Part shown: positions 39,686 through 48,799 of the stretch, piece by piece
How the letters are laid out: each line of letters opens with the position of its first letter
Numbering within the stretch: the stretch's first letter is position 1
Assembly (NCBI GenBank): GCA_965541585.1
Contig: CBEUCH010000019.1
Coordinates: forward strand, 1-61,615
Origin: an uncultured bacterium
Lineage (GTDB): Bacteria > Zixibacteria > MSB-5A5 > UBA10806
Direction of reading: 5' to 3'
DNA length: 61,615 bases
Made by a program: the position numbers and the translations under genes
Notes under the pieces: generated by a model
Database searches by the model: none
What the model was told of the DNA's origin: nothing
What the model saw: the letters and a program-made list of their open reading frames with translations, nothing else

Positions 39686-42600
39686 ATGATAGAAAAAATA
39701 ATCGAAAGCTCTATAAACAACCGACTGGTTGTCTTTATCTTCATGGCGATAATTGGCCTGGCCGGAGTATATGCTCTGTTTAACATCCCGGTTGACGCCA
39801 TCCCCGACCTCTCCGATGTTCAGGTCATAATCTCCACCGAATATCCCGGTCAGGGACCCCAGATTGTCGAAAACCAGGTTACTTACCCGCTGGCCACAAC
39901 GATGCTTTCTGTTCCCAACGCCAAAACGGTGCGAGGCTACTCCTTTTTCGGGATAAGTTTTGTCTATATAATCTTCGAGGACGGCACCGACTTATATGAT
40001 GCCAGAAGCCGCGTGCTCGAATACCTCAGTTTCGTATCAGGCCAACTTCCCAGGGGGATAACCCCGCAACTCGGTCCCGATGCGACGGGAGTCGGATGGG
40101 TTTATCAGTACGTGATAGAGGACACCAGTGGACAATACGATCTGGCCGACCTTCGCAGCCTTCAGGATTGGTTTTTGAAATACGAACTGATCGCACTTGC
40201 CGGTGTCTCGGAGGTGGCCTCGATAGGCGGTTTCGTGAAGCAGTATCAGGTGGAGGTCGACCCCAACAAGCTGGCTGCCTATGCTATTCCCCTCTCCAAA
40301 GTCAAACATGCCATCATGCGTTCGAACAATGACGTCGGAGGCAGACTCCTGGAAATGGGTGAATCCGAGTTCATAGTTCGTGGCCTAGGTTACATAGAGA
40401 GTCTGGACGATCTGCGCCGCGTCGCCATCGGGGCATCTCCCGATGGAACTCCCATTCTGCTGAGCCAGGTGGCCAATATCCATTTCGGTCCGGAGCTCCG
40501 GCGCGGATTGGCTGAACTCGACGGCGAAGGCGAGGCGGTAGGTGGTATCGTGGTCATACGTGTCGGCGAAAATTCCCTCAAAGTCATTGAAAGGGTTAAG
40601 GAGAGAATCAAAGAGCTTGAGGAATCCGGAGGCATACCCGATGGTGTCGTCATAAAACCTGTCTACGACCGCTCGAAACTGATAAACTCGGCTATCGTCA
40701 ACCTGCGAGAGAAGCTGATCGAGGAGATGATTGTTGTCGCTCTAATATGTATCATTTTTCTCTTACATCTCCGTTCGGCGTTTGTGGCGATATTCACGTT
40801 GCCGGCGGGAATTCTGGTTTCCCTGTTCGTGATGAACTACCTCGGCATGAACGCCAATATCATGTCGTTGGGCGGCATCGCCATAGCGGTCGGTGTCATG
40901 GTCGATGCGGCGGTGGTAATGGTGGAAAACGCCCACAAGCATCTCGAACGTGACAGAGGGAAAAAAGAACATTCCCAAATCATACTTGACGCCGCCAAAG
41001 AGGTCGGGCCGGCCCTGTTTTACTCAATTTTGATAATTACAGTATCATTTCTACCTGTCTTCGTCCTCGGCGAGCAATCGGGACGGCTTTTCAAGCCTCT
41101 GGCTTACACCAAGACTTTCGCCATGGCCGCCTCGGCGATACTGGCAGTCACGGTCATTCCGGTACTGATGACCATATTTATTCGGGGTAAGATCAGAGCG
41201 GAGAGAGATAATCCGGTCTCGCGGTTCTTCATCATGCTCTACATGCCTGTTGCCAAACTGGTTCTACGCTACAGGTGGTGGACGATCGCGGCTGCGCTGG
41301 GGATATTGTTGATAACACTCTATCCAATGCTTAATCTCGGTTCCGAGTTCATGCCTCACTTATACGAAGGCGATCTTTTGTATATGCCTACAACTCTGCC
41401 TGGCATATCGATCACCAAAGCCAGAGAGCTTCTTCAGCAGACCGACAGGATTATCAAGTCATTCCCCGAAGTGGAGAGAGTATTCGGTAAGATCGGGCGG
41501 GCCGAGACGGCCACCGACCCGGCGCCGCTCACCATGATCGAGACCACTATTATGCTCAAGCCCGAGGATCAGTGGCGCGAGGGGATGACTCCCCAAAAGC
41601 TGGTTGAGGAGCTCGACCGGGCCATACAATTCCCCGGCCTGACCAACGCCTGGACCATGCCCATAAAAACCAGGATCGACATGCTGGCCACAGGTATCAA
41701 GACCCCTGTGGGTATCAAGATCATGGGCGACGACCTGGATAGTTTAAGCGCTATAGGTGAGAGAATCGAATCGGTTATAAGGAAACTCAAGGGTACTCTC
41801 TCCGTTTATTCTGAGCGTGTGGTTGGGGGCAATTATGTCGATTTCGAAATCGATCGCGACGAGATCGCCCGTTATGGACTGACGGTTGGGGATGTGCAGG
41901 ATATATTTATGTCGGCCGTAGGCGGCATGAATGTAACCTTCACCGTCGAGGGACTGGAACGCTACCCGGTCAATCTTCGCTATAGCCGCGAGTACCGCGA
42001 CAATATCGAGGCTTTGAAACGTGTTCTGGTGCCGACACAGACGGGTGCGCAGGTTCCGCTTTCACAATTGGCGGATATATCGATTCATAAAGGGGCCGCC
42101 TTCGTCAAATCCGAAAACGCCCGCAAGACCGCCTGGGTTTACGTGGACATTCGCGGCATCGATGTTGGCACCTACGTCAAAAACGCGCAAAAAGCAATAG
42201 CCGGGGCAGTCACCGTACCACCGAAATATTCGATCGTCTGGAGCGGTCAATACGAATATATGCAGGCCGCTGCGAAGAAGTTTAAGATAGTCATTCCCCT
42301 GGCAATCATCGTCATTTTCCTGTTACTATTCTTCCACTTTAAGAACATGACAGAGAGCCTGATAGTAATGCTGGCACTGCCGTTCGCGCTGGTAGGCGGG
42401 ATCTGGTGGCTTTACGTGGCTGATTACAACACCTCTGTTGCGGTGTTTGTGGGATTTATCGCCTTAGCCGGATTGGCCGCCGAGACCGGGGTGGTCATGC
42501 TGGTTTACCTCGATGAAGCGATAAAACGCTACAGATCTGAATCCCGGTTGAATACGCGAGGCGATATGAATAATGCAATCCTCGAAGGCGCCGTGGGAAG

Positions 42601-42829
42601 GGTCCGTCCGAAGCTGATGACTGTGGCCACCACCATGATAGGTTTATTCCCGATAATGATCGGCCACGGCACCGGCTCTGAAGTTATGAGGCGGATCGCC
42701 GCTCCTATGGTCGGAGGATTAATCTCATCGACGTTGTTGACTTTAATAATAATTCCTGCTATCTATTCGATCATACGAGGCTGGAATCTGCCGAAGGTCG
42801 TAGAAAAAGAGGAGGGTGCAAGTGCCTAA
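39686..42829 (+). CDS. cusA: CusA/CzcA heavy-metal RND efflux pump
   Basis: DAIPDLSDVQV, NIMSLGGIAIA.G.MVDA, MPTTLPG, PLTMIET, WTMPIKTRIDML and RVRPKLMT. Confidence 0.93.
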   Translation: MIEKIIESSINNRLVVFIFMAIIGLAGVYALFNIPVDAIPDLSDVQVIISTEYPGQGPQIVENQVTYPLATTMLSVPNAKTVRGYSFFGISFVYIIFEDGTDLYDARSRVLEYLSFVSGQLPRGITPQLGPDATGVGWVYQYVIEDTSGQYDLADLRSLQDWFLKYELIALAGVSEVASIGGFVKQYQVEVDPNKLAAYAIPLSKVKHAIMRSNNDVGGRLLEMGESEFIVRGLGYIESLDDLRRVAIGASPDGTPILLSQVANIHFGPELRRGLAELDGEGEAVGGIVVIRVGENSLKVIERVKERIKELEESGGIPDGVVIKPVYDRSKLINSAIVNLREKLIEEMIVVALICIIFLLHLRSAFVAIFTLPAGILVSLFVMNYLGMNANIMSLGGIAIAVGVMVDAAVVMVENAHKHLERDRGKKEHSQIILDAAKEVGPALFYSILIITVSFLPVFVLGEQSGRLFKPLAYTKTFAMAASAILAVTVIPVLMTIFIRGKIRAERDNPVSRFFIMLYMPVAKLVLRYRWWTIAAALGILLITLYPMLNLGSEFMPHLYEGDLLYMPTTLPGISITKARELLQQTDRIIKSFPEVERVFGKIGRAETATDPAPLTMIETTIMLKPEDQWREGMTPQKLVEELDRAIQFPGLTNAWTMPIKTRIDMLATGIKTPVGIKIMGDDLDSLSAIGERIESVIRKLKGTLSVYSERVVGGNYVDFEIDRDEIARYGLTVGDVQDIFMSAVGGMNVTFTVEGLERYPVNLRYSREYRDNIEALKRVLVPTQTGAQVPLSQLADISIHKGAAFVKSENARKTAWVYVDIRGIDVGTYVKNAQKAIAGAVTVPPKYSIVWSGQYEYMQAAAKKFKIVIPLAIIVIFLLLFFHFKNMTESLIVMLALPFALVGGIWWLYVADYNTSVAVFVGFIALAGLAAETGVVMLVYLDEAIKRYRSESRLNTRGDMNNAILEGAVGRVRPKLMTVATTMIGLFPIMIGHGTGSEVMRRIAAPMVGGLISSTLLTLIIIPAIYSIIRGWNLPKVVEKEEGASA

Positions 42830-43367
42830 TATTCATCCGGTAGCGGTACATTTCCCGATAGCTCTGATCTTCACAGTGGTATTGTGCGATCTGATCGGGA
42901 TTCTATTCAAGAAGCGATCATTCATCTCCGCCGCCAACATTCTGATGATATTTGCAGCGCTGGGGGCCATAGCGGCGGTCGTAAGCGGTTTGCTTGCCGA
43001 AGATTCGGTCTGGCATCCGGGGCCGGCCCATGAGCTTTTGGAGACTCACGAAACAGTCGGGTTGGTCTTCCTGGGCATCGTGTTGCTTCTGGCCATATTC
43101 AGGTTTGCGGCCGGAGAAAGAATTTATGGTTCCCTTGGCTGGGTGGCCCTGCTTGCGGGGATAATCGGTGCTGTAGTCGTTGCCTACGGCGGGAATCTCG
43201 GTGGAGAGATTGTCTATACCCATGGTGCAGGAGTGAAAGAAGCTCAAGTCGCTACGGCAAGGGCCGATTCGCTCCAGAATGAGTTGGACTTGTTGCAGGG
43301 TGAAGAAGCTGAAGAGGAAAAGGAGACTGTGCCCGAAGGGCATGAGGGCCATAATCACGCACACTAA
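42816..43367 (+). CDS. DUF2231-family membrane protein with His-rich tail
   Basis: HP..VHFPIAL, G..GG.IVY.HG.GV, C-terminal GHEGHNHAH. Confidence 0.82.
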   Translation: MQVPNIHPVAVHFPIALIFTVVLCDLIGILFKKRSFISAANILMIFAALGAIAAVVSGLLAEDSVWHPGPAHELLETHETVGLVFLGIVLLLAIFRFAAGERIYGSLGWVALLAGIIGAVVVAYGGNLGGEIVYTHGAGVKEAQVATARADSLQNELDLLQGEEAEEEKETVPEGHEGHNHAH

Positions 43368-43371
43368 TCTT

Positions 43372-43404
43372 AGGGCAGCCTAACCCTGATTCAGGCTGCC
43401 TCTT
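43372..43404 (+). terminator. Probable terminator of the cus operon
   Basis: GGCAGCCT-N11-AGGCTGCC followed by TCTT. Confidence 0.6.
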
Positions 43405-43669
43405 ATCTGGAGCCGCTGATTATGTAGCCGGTATCGCCGGCAACCGGCCCAATTTGTCCGCTGGGGGCCTCGGTGATCTTCTTGATCCGTGGAGCCCGTA
43501 TTCAGTCTGTGGACGATCGCGAGGATATTCCATATCCACAATTTGTCCCACTATTAGACTGCATCTTTCCACCCCGAATATTGTGTCCGGGTAAGCTAAT
43601 ATGTCATTTGAAAGATCCGATATGCATAAATGATAACCCGATCATTCGGCAAAAAGACAAGGAGGGAAT

Positions 43670-44485
43670 ATGAAAAAAGGGATTTTACTCTTAAGTATGG
43701 TTTTAATCGGCGCGTTTCTGGCATTTATCGCCTGCTCCGATAACGCCACCGACAGCGATCTGACCGAGGGAAATCCGGACGATCCGAATTTCGTTCAGGC
43801 GCAGGGCCTGGCCGAGGCTTATGTTGATACGTTGTTTGAATCGTTTGACATTGTTTTCGGATATATGTCATTCGAAGGTGACGGGCCGCTAAAAACCACT
43901 GGCGATTCGCTGAATATAAACTACGATCAAGAAACCTGCTGGTGGCAGATTTATATCAGCTCCGATATCAGCACCGATACAACCGATTACAGCCTGATAT
44001 TCATCGATTCCGTCAGGTTCAGCGATGAAACGGCCTGCCAGATGTTTCCCGATTCGCTGACGACAACTCAGATAGAATACAGGGCCTATCTTGATCTATC
44101 AGTCATCGCCGATTCGGGTTCCATAATTGTAGACTCCTACCAGAATGCGCTTGTTACCGGAATTCAATCCGATTTGGTTGTATTGAACGCCTCCAATTCC
44201 ACCTATATGGATATGGATCTGGGATTCCTGGCGCTGACCGTAGATTATGACGGCACTATCACCGATCTGACATTCAACCATGCAGATCTTGAGGGCGAGG
44301 CAGAAGTCCACCCGCTATCGGGTTCCGCATCGGTGGCCATGGCGATAGAGGGGTCAACCAACGAAGGTTCCGGAGCCCAGAGTTGGAGTGTCGATGTGAC
44401 CTTCTACGAAGACCATTACCATGCCCGCGCCGAGTCCGGCCATAATTACTGGGAGTGGGACGTTTATTACGAAGATCCAGTGTAA
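43670..44485 (+). CDS. Acidic hypothetical lipoprotein
   Basis: Lipobox FIAC; RBS AAGGAGG. Confidence 0.8.
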   Translation: MKKGILLLSMVLIGAFLAFIACSDNATDSDLTEGNPDDPNFVQAQGLAEAYVDTLFESFDIVFGYMSFEGDGPLKTTGDSLNINYDQETCWWQIYISSDISTDTTDYSLIFIDSVRFSDETACQMFPDSLTTTQIEYRAYLDLSVIADSGSIIVDSYQNALVTGIQSDLVVLNASNSTYMDMDLGFLALTVDYDGTITDLTFNHADLEGEAEVHPLSGSASVAMAIEGSTNEGSGAQSWSVDVTFYEDHYHARAESGHNYWEWDVYYEDPV

Positions 44486-44506
44486 AAAATCCCTACCCGA
44501 TGATTT

Positions 44507-44538
44507 AAGCCGGTGGAACTCTCCGCCGGCTTTTTTTA
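44507..44538 (+). terminator. Intrinsic terminator
   Basis: AAGCCGGTGGA-N4-TCCGCCGGC followed by TTTTTTT. Confidence 0.85.
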
Positions 44539-44632
44539 TTCTTATTTTGACACGGCCATAATTCTTTGAAAATCCTGCCGATTGATGATATTCTAATCCG
44601 AAAATTGCTTTGATCCTGTGAAGGAGGAATCG

Positions 44633-46081
44633 ATGGAAGCATCGTGGTCGGTTTTAATCTCGTTTTCAGCTTATACCGTGGCGATCATACTGGTCGGCTT
44701 GTGGTCGGCAAAGTCCGCCTCACGATCATCAAAGGACTACCTGCTCGCCGGGAAAGGATTGGGGGCCTGGGTATCGTCGATCTCGGCATCGGCATCATCC
44801 GAATCGGGCTGGGTTACGCTCGGCCTGGTTGGTATGGCTTTTAACAGCGGGCTGGGAGCCATATGGGTCATCCCCGGCTGCCTGTCGGGATATATTTTCA
44901 ACTGGTTTTTCCTGGCCAGGCGCATTCAGAAATATTCATCCGGCCGCGACGTTCTGACTATTCCCGATATTCTGGCTGACAGGTTTAAAGATCGGGCTGG
45001 TACGATTAGGATAATATCGGTGGTGGTGATCGCTATCATGATGACCACCTACGTAGCTGCACAGTTGAATGCCGCGGGGAAGGCATTTTCGGTAGTATTC
45101 GGCACCGGGTATATGGCCAGTGTTTTGATCGGGGCTTTTATAGTACTGGTCTATACCATAACGGGCGGGTTCCGGGCGGTGGCCTGGACCGATCTCGTGC
45201 AGGGGATTCTCATGGTTATTGCGCTTGTCGTCTTGCCGGTTCTCGTTATCACGAAATTGGGAGGGTTCGGCCCGATGTTTGCCAGGCTGGCTCAAATCGA
45301 CGCTCAGGCCGGCTCGCCTCTGCTATTGACGCCTGCTGCCGGGAAGGTGGGGCTTCTAGGCCTGGGTTTCATAATCGGGCAACTCGGAATCGGGCTGGGA
45401 TATCCGGGACAGCCGCACGTTCTCATCCGGTATATGGCCGCCAAGGACGAACAGTCTCTGAAAAAAGGCGCGCCTATCGCTATCGCCTGGGGGACGCTGG
45501 TGTTTACCGGCGCTGTGTTTCTCGGGCTGGCATGCCGGGCCATGTTTGTCTCGCTGCCCGACGCCGAACAGGCATTGCCGATTATCTCGATTCAACTATT
45601 GCCCGGGATCTTTGCGGGGATGATGCTGGCCGCGGTGTTGGCGGCCATCTGCTCCACCGCCGATTCGCAATTGATCGTAGCCTCCTCCGCCATGTCGCAC
45701 GACATTTACGCTCGCAGGAGGGGCAGTGATCTTCCCCAACGTCATGCCGTCACCATCGACCGGCTGTGGGTGGCAATAATCGGGCTTCTGGCCGTGATAC
45801 TGGCTCTGACCGAAAACCGGGTGATTTTCACGTTTGTGCTTTACGCCTGGGCCGGGCTGGGTGCAGTCTTCGGCCCCATATTCATATTGAGTTTCCTATG
45901 GAAGAAAGCCACATCGGAGGGGGCCATTGCGGGAGCGGTGGTCGGTTTTCTGACAGTCATCGTTTGGCGTAACGTCCCCGCCTTGAAGGAGAATCTCTAT
46001 GAGCTGGTGCCGGGGTTTCTCCTGGCGCTGGTGGTCAATTATGTGGTGAGTTTGGTTTACTGGGGGAAGAATAAGAAGTAG
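44633..46081 (+). CDS. putP: Sodium:solute (proline-type) symporter
   Basis: ASSESGW, GGFRAVAWTD, GYPGQPHV..RYMA, STADSQL, AWAGLG. RBS AAGGAGG before ATG 44633. Substrate is inferred. Confidence 0.85.
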   Translation: MEASWSVLISFSAYTVAIILVGLWSAKSASRSSKDYLLAGKGLGAWVSSISASASSESGWVTLGLVGMAFNSGLGAIWVIPGCLSGYIFNWFFLARRIQKYSSGRDVLTIPDILADRFKDRAGTIRIISVVVIAIMMTTYVAAQLNAAGKAFSVVFGTGYMASVLIGAFIVLVYTITGGFRAVAWTDLVQGILMVIALVVLPVLVITKLGGFGPMFARLAQIDAQAGSPLLLTPAAGKVGLLGLGFIIGQLGIGLGYPGQPHVLIRYMAAKDEQSLKKGAPIAIAWGTLVFTGAVFLGLACRAMFVSLPDAEQALPIISIQLLPGIFAGMMLAAVLAAICSTADSQLIVASSAMSHDIYARRRGSDLPQRHAVTIDRLWVAIIGLLAVILALTENRVIFTFVLYAWAGLGAVFGPIFILSFLWKKATSEGAIAGAVVGFLTVIVWRNVPALKENLYELVPGFLLALVVNYVVSLVYWGKNKK

Positions 46082-46222
46082 GTCAGGACCCCCGTGGTCC
46101 TGACTATTTTGGCAATGCAGTCGGGAGCATAAGCGTAGGCGGTCGGCCCATACGGGTCCGTCTGGATTTATCCGGCCGCCCCGCGTATCGCGGGGTTGGG
46201 CGATAAACCCCCAACCTACATA
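46078..46222. repeat. Cluster of GTAG-footed REP-like hairpins
   Basis: GTAG-GTCAGGACC-N5-GGTCCTGAC (46078-104); CCCCGCG-TAT-CGCGGGG (46179-95); minus-strand GTAG-GTTGGG...CCCAAC (46219-195). Confidence 0.7.
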
Positions 46223-46296
46223 TTTCAGATTGTCGGGATGTCACGTTGTTTCCATCCAGACGCACGGAAATCAGTCATAGTAGTCAATTTCTCTTC

Positions 46297-46324
46297 TTGA
46301 CATACCATGCACCTGCCCCATATT
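46297..46324 (+). promoter_or_regulatory. Sigma70-like promoter (rightward)
   Basis: TTGACA-N16-CATATT. Confidence 0.5.
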
Positions 46325-46571
46325 AACTGTTGGCGGAGACCCTGCTTCGCGTCGGGCCTCCGCCGGGACAATCGGGGGGAAGCTTGCTGGCAAAACTCCG
46401 GTCGTTGCGGATTTTTATTTATTTTACCGGAAAACCGCGAGCTTCATTGCTTCGTTTCTGCTCTTTGAAATAAAACCCTCTCCAAATACCCCGCACGGAA
46501 ACCAAATATGGCCTGCCGCGTGTTTGATTGGAGAGAACGGGCTCGGACAGTTCTCCGATTTTATTATCGGA

Positions 46572-46600
46572 ATAATAGTTCCGAATTATGGCCGTGTCAA
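46572..46600 (-). promoter_or_regulatory. Near-consensus sigma70 promoter (leftward, divergent from the HTH gene)
   Basis: TTGACA-N17-TATTAT on the minus strand. Confidence 0.7.
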
Positions 46601-46638
46601 GAGTTTTTTTGAACTATTTTACTGTTGATTGAAAGATA

Positions 46639-46923
46639 ATGACTTACAAACAATTTCTAAAGGCTCTCGGTAGGCAAATTGCTTACTACCGGCATAAAAA
46701 ATACGGGGATGCGAGCTATAATTCCGTAGCTCATGATGCCAAAATGCGGGGAACGGATTGGGAAAAAATTGAAAAGGGAGAATCCGATTTTAGGATAAAA
46801 ACGATATCTAAAATTGCCGTTGCCCTTAAGGTCGATATCGAGGAGCTATTCGTCATCGATGAAGCTCATAAGAAAGACGTAAAAAAAACCGCCCGCACTG
46901 GCGCATCAAAATCTGCAGATTGA
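46639..46923 (+). CDS. XRE/Cro-CI family helix-turn-helix regulator
   Basis: LG.QI...R, KIEKGE, TI.KIA.AL.V.IEELF. Confidence 0.8.
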   Translation: MTYKQFLKALGRQIAYYRHKKYGDASYNSVAHDAKMRGTDWEKIEKGESDFRIKTISKIAVALKVDIEELFVIDEAHKKDVKKTARTGASKSAD

Positions 46924-47118
46924 AAGCAAGTAGATATCGTCTTTTCCCTGCGGGTCACATCCCGCTAATGCGGGACCTTAACGGCTTGTTGTGGCCGCAA
47001 CCCCTTGAAGCGGTCATAATTCTACGGATCGGTATGGATAAATTACAACACCCGGCAAGCGCGGTCGCGAGTGCGGGGATTCCGATCTACAATTCAGCCT
47101 GAATGTAATGCTGGAATG

Positions 47119-48246
47119 CTAAGGCCTATTTGCAATTAGAGTGAAGTTCGTATATTCAGGAATCCAACCGAAGACATTGTCGGGAGCTGAACTAGTAACT
47201 TTCATGATTTGAGTCCAGCTTCCATTATTATATAGGTGTAACTCCCGTTTTTCTGATCCAGAACCGATACACGCGGCCAACAGATTACCTCCTGTTCGGG
47301 CCGCAATATCGATTTCGGAGTATGGCGAAATACCACCTTTTTTAATAGGAGCGCCCCATGCGATACCGTCAATTGACGGATATATAAAGAGCCATTCCGC
47401 TATTAACGGTCCGCCGATAGTTCTCCGAGCAAAACCAAGATAAAAAGTACTGCCGTCGTTTGTTAGATCTAAGTCGCTTCTGGGACGGCCAAAGCCGCTT
47501 TCGGCAAATTGTTGGCTGGCAACGTTTGTCCAATTAATTTCCGGAACCTTCACTCCGCCTTTCGTTACTACCTGCAAATCTCCACTGGCAATAACAACAC
47601 CTACACTTACATTAGGGAATAGCCATGCCATGACTACCTTTCCGTTTAGAACATCTATGACCGGGCTGCCGACACAAACGTTGCTAGGCATCGTAAATGT
47701 TGGGGCAAAGTTGGTATCAAGCCATTTCTTTTCCTTGATATTAAGAGCCCGCATTGAGACTATATCACCGTAAGTTCGAAAAGCTATCAAGTAGATATCA
47801 TCTCCCGCGTATGCCGGCGAGGGAGTGGACAAAACGACTTGATTTAACAGAGGTCCGGCATGTCTGGTTTCCCAGTCATCGATCCAAAAGCCCCACGCCA
47901 TTTGAAGCCTTGAGAGGGCATCCGCCCAGAAAACCAAATTCCTCCAACCTACATCGTCGAATATCATCCCTACGCCTCTACCAGTTGCCACCCCAGGAAA
48001 ATTGTCGCAATCTCTCCATGATACTCCATTTTCAGACCAACGCATTCTTATTCGGTGTGTACCTTTTTCCTCAAATGCGAGAATATATATTTTTTTTGAT
48101 GTTATTGTTATAACGGGGCCGTTTCCGTTATGACGACAAGAACCAATTCCAAGCCCAAACAAACAAATAATTGAAAATAAAACACATTTTTTTAAATGGG
48201 GGAACTTGATTTTAGGATTCCTTTTTCCCTGGATAACCTTTTTCAT
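47119..48246 (-). CDS. Hypothetical lipoprotein, probable beta-propeller (Asp-box-like motifs); AT-rich
   Basis: RBS GAGGAG before ATG 48246, lipobox-like IGSC, WSENGVSW and PSIDGIAW motifs. The longer ORF start at 48489 runs through REP DNA. Confidence 0.7.
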   Translation of the reverse strand: MKKVIQGKRNPKIKFPHLKKCVLFSIICLFGLGIGSCRHNGNGPVITITSKKIYILAFEEKGTHRIRMRWSENGVSWRDCDNFPGVATGRGVGMIFDDVGWRNLVFWADALSRLQMAWGFWIDDWETRHAGPLLNQVVLSTPSPAYAGDDIYLIAFRTYGDIVSMRALNIKEKKWLDTNFAPTFTMPSNVCVGSPVIDVLNGKVVMAWLFPNVSVGVVIASGDLQVVTKGGVKVPEINWTNVASQQFAESGFGRPRSDLDLTNDGSTFYLGFARRTIGGPLIAEWLFIYPSIDGIAWGAPIKKGGISPYSEIDIAARTGGNLLAACIGSGSEKRELHLYNNGSWTQIMKVTSSAPDNVFGWIPEYTNFTLIANRP

Positions 48247-48451
48247 AATCTCCTCTTTCAGGTTTTTTTTAACATCATAACCGGTATAATTACGTTTGCC
48301 ACGTTGTCTGGCTTCTGGAAAAATTATAATTATTAATAATATGAAGTCAATACGAAATTTATACGTATATAATGCGTATCCAAACATACGTATTAGTAAA
48401 ATTCCTTTTACAGAAAGGGCAAAAAGCCCTGGGCTTTGCCAAATATCGGAT

Positions 48452-48541
48452 GGGTGGCATGCTTTCCCCGATTTGTTTGGGGTAAGCATGTAATAGGTGC
48501 CGGAAGAGCATGCTTATGCTTTCAGCTAAAGCATGCCACCC
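48452..48541. repeat. REP doublet (REPIN/BIME-like)
   Basis: Terminal inverted repeats GGGTGGCATGCTTT / AAAGCATGCCACCC; each arm also folds as its own CATGCTT...AAGCATG hairpin. Confidence 0.75.
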
Positions 48542-48557
48542 TGTCTGGCCGGTAATT

Positions 48558-48585
48558 GTTGGGGGACAAGCCCCCAACCTACATA
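48558..48585 (-). repeat. GTAG-type REP, second copy of the 46195-46222 element
   Basis: Minus strand GTAG-GTTGGGGG-CTTG-TCCCCCAAC. CCCCCAACCTACATA is identical at 46208-22 and 48571-85. Confidence 0.75.
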
Positions 48586-48595
48586 AAATCGATCC

Positions 48596-48642
48596 GCAAC
48601 TTTTCTTTGATTTTGACGTTTTTATATTGACGGCTCATGTCG
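48596..48642 (+). repeat. 47-bp direct repeat copy A (promoter-like)
   Basis: Matches 50065-50111 at 43 of 47 positions. Confidence 0.85.
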
Positions 48643-48799
48643 GGTTCGTCCACTTCGTTTCGGAACTCTACGAGTCGTATGACCGGACCTACTGCTAAAA
48701 ATCCGTTCCATCCTGTAACAACAATTCCCCCTACCGTTCAAACCTGCAATCAGTTGCCGATAGTGTTATCAAGCAGGCGAACAATCAACGGGGGGAACG

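Noticed and set aside
43473..43673. 66-aa ORF, plus the many short antisense or overlapping ORFs in the track (for example 26867..27706 and 52090..52812)
   Set aside because: They are shadows of well-supported genes or lack an RBS and protein-like features.
48247..48489. N-terminal extension of the 456-aa ORF (similarly 9016-9171 for the S8 gene)
   Set aside because: The extension crosses REP or promoter DNA, and a strong RBS followed by a signal peptide supports the downstream ATG. The GAGGAGATTATGAAA shared by the two genes is just RBS plus Met-Lys.
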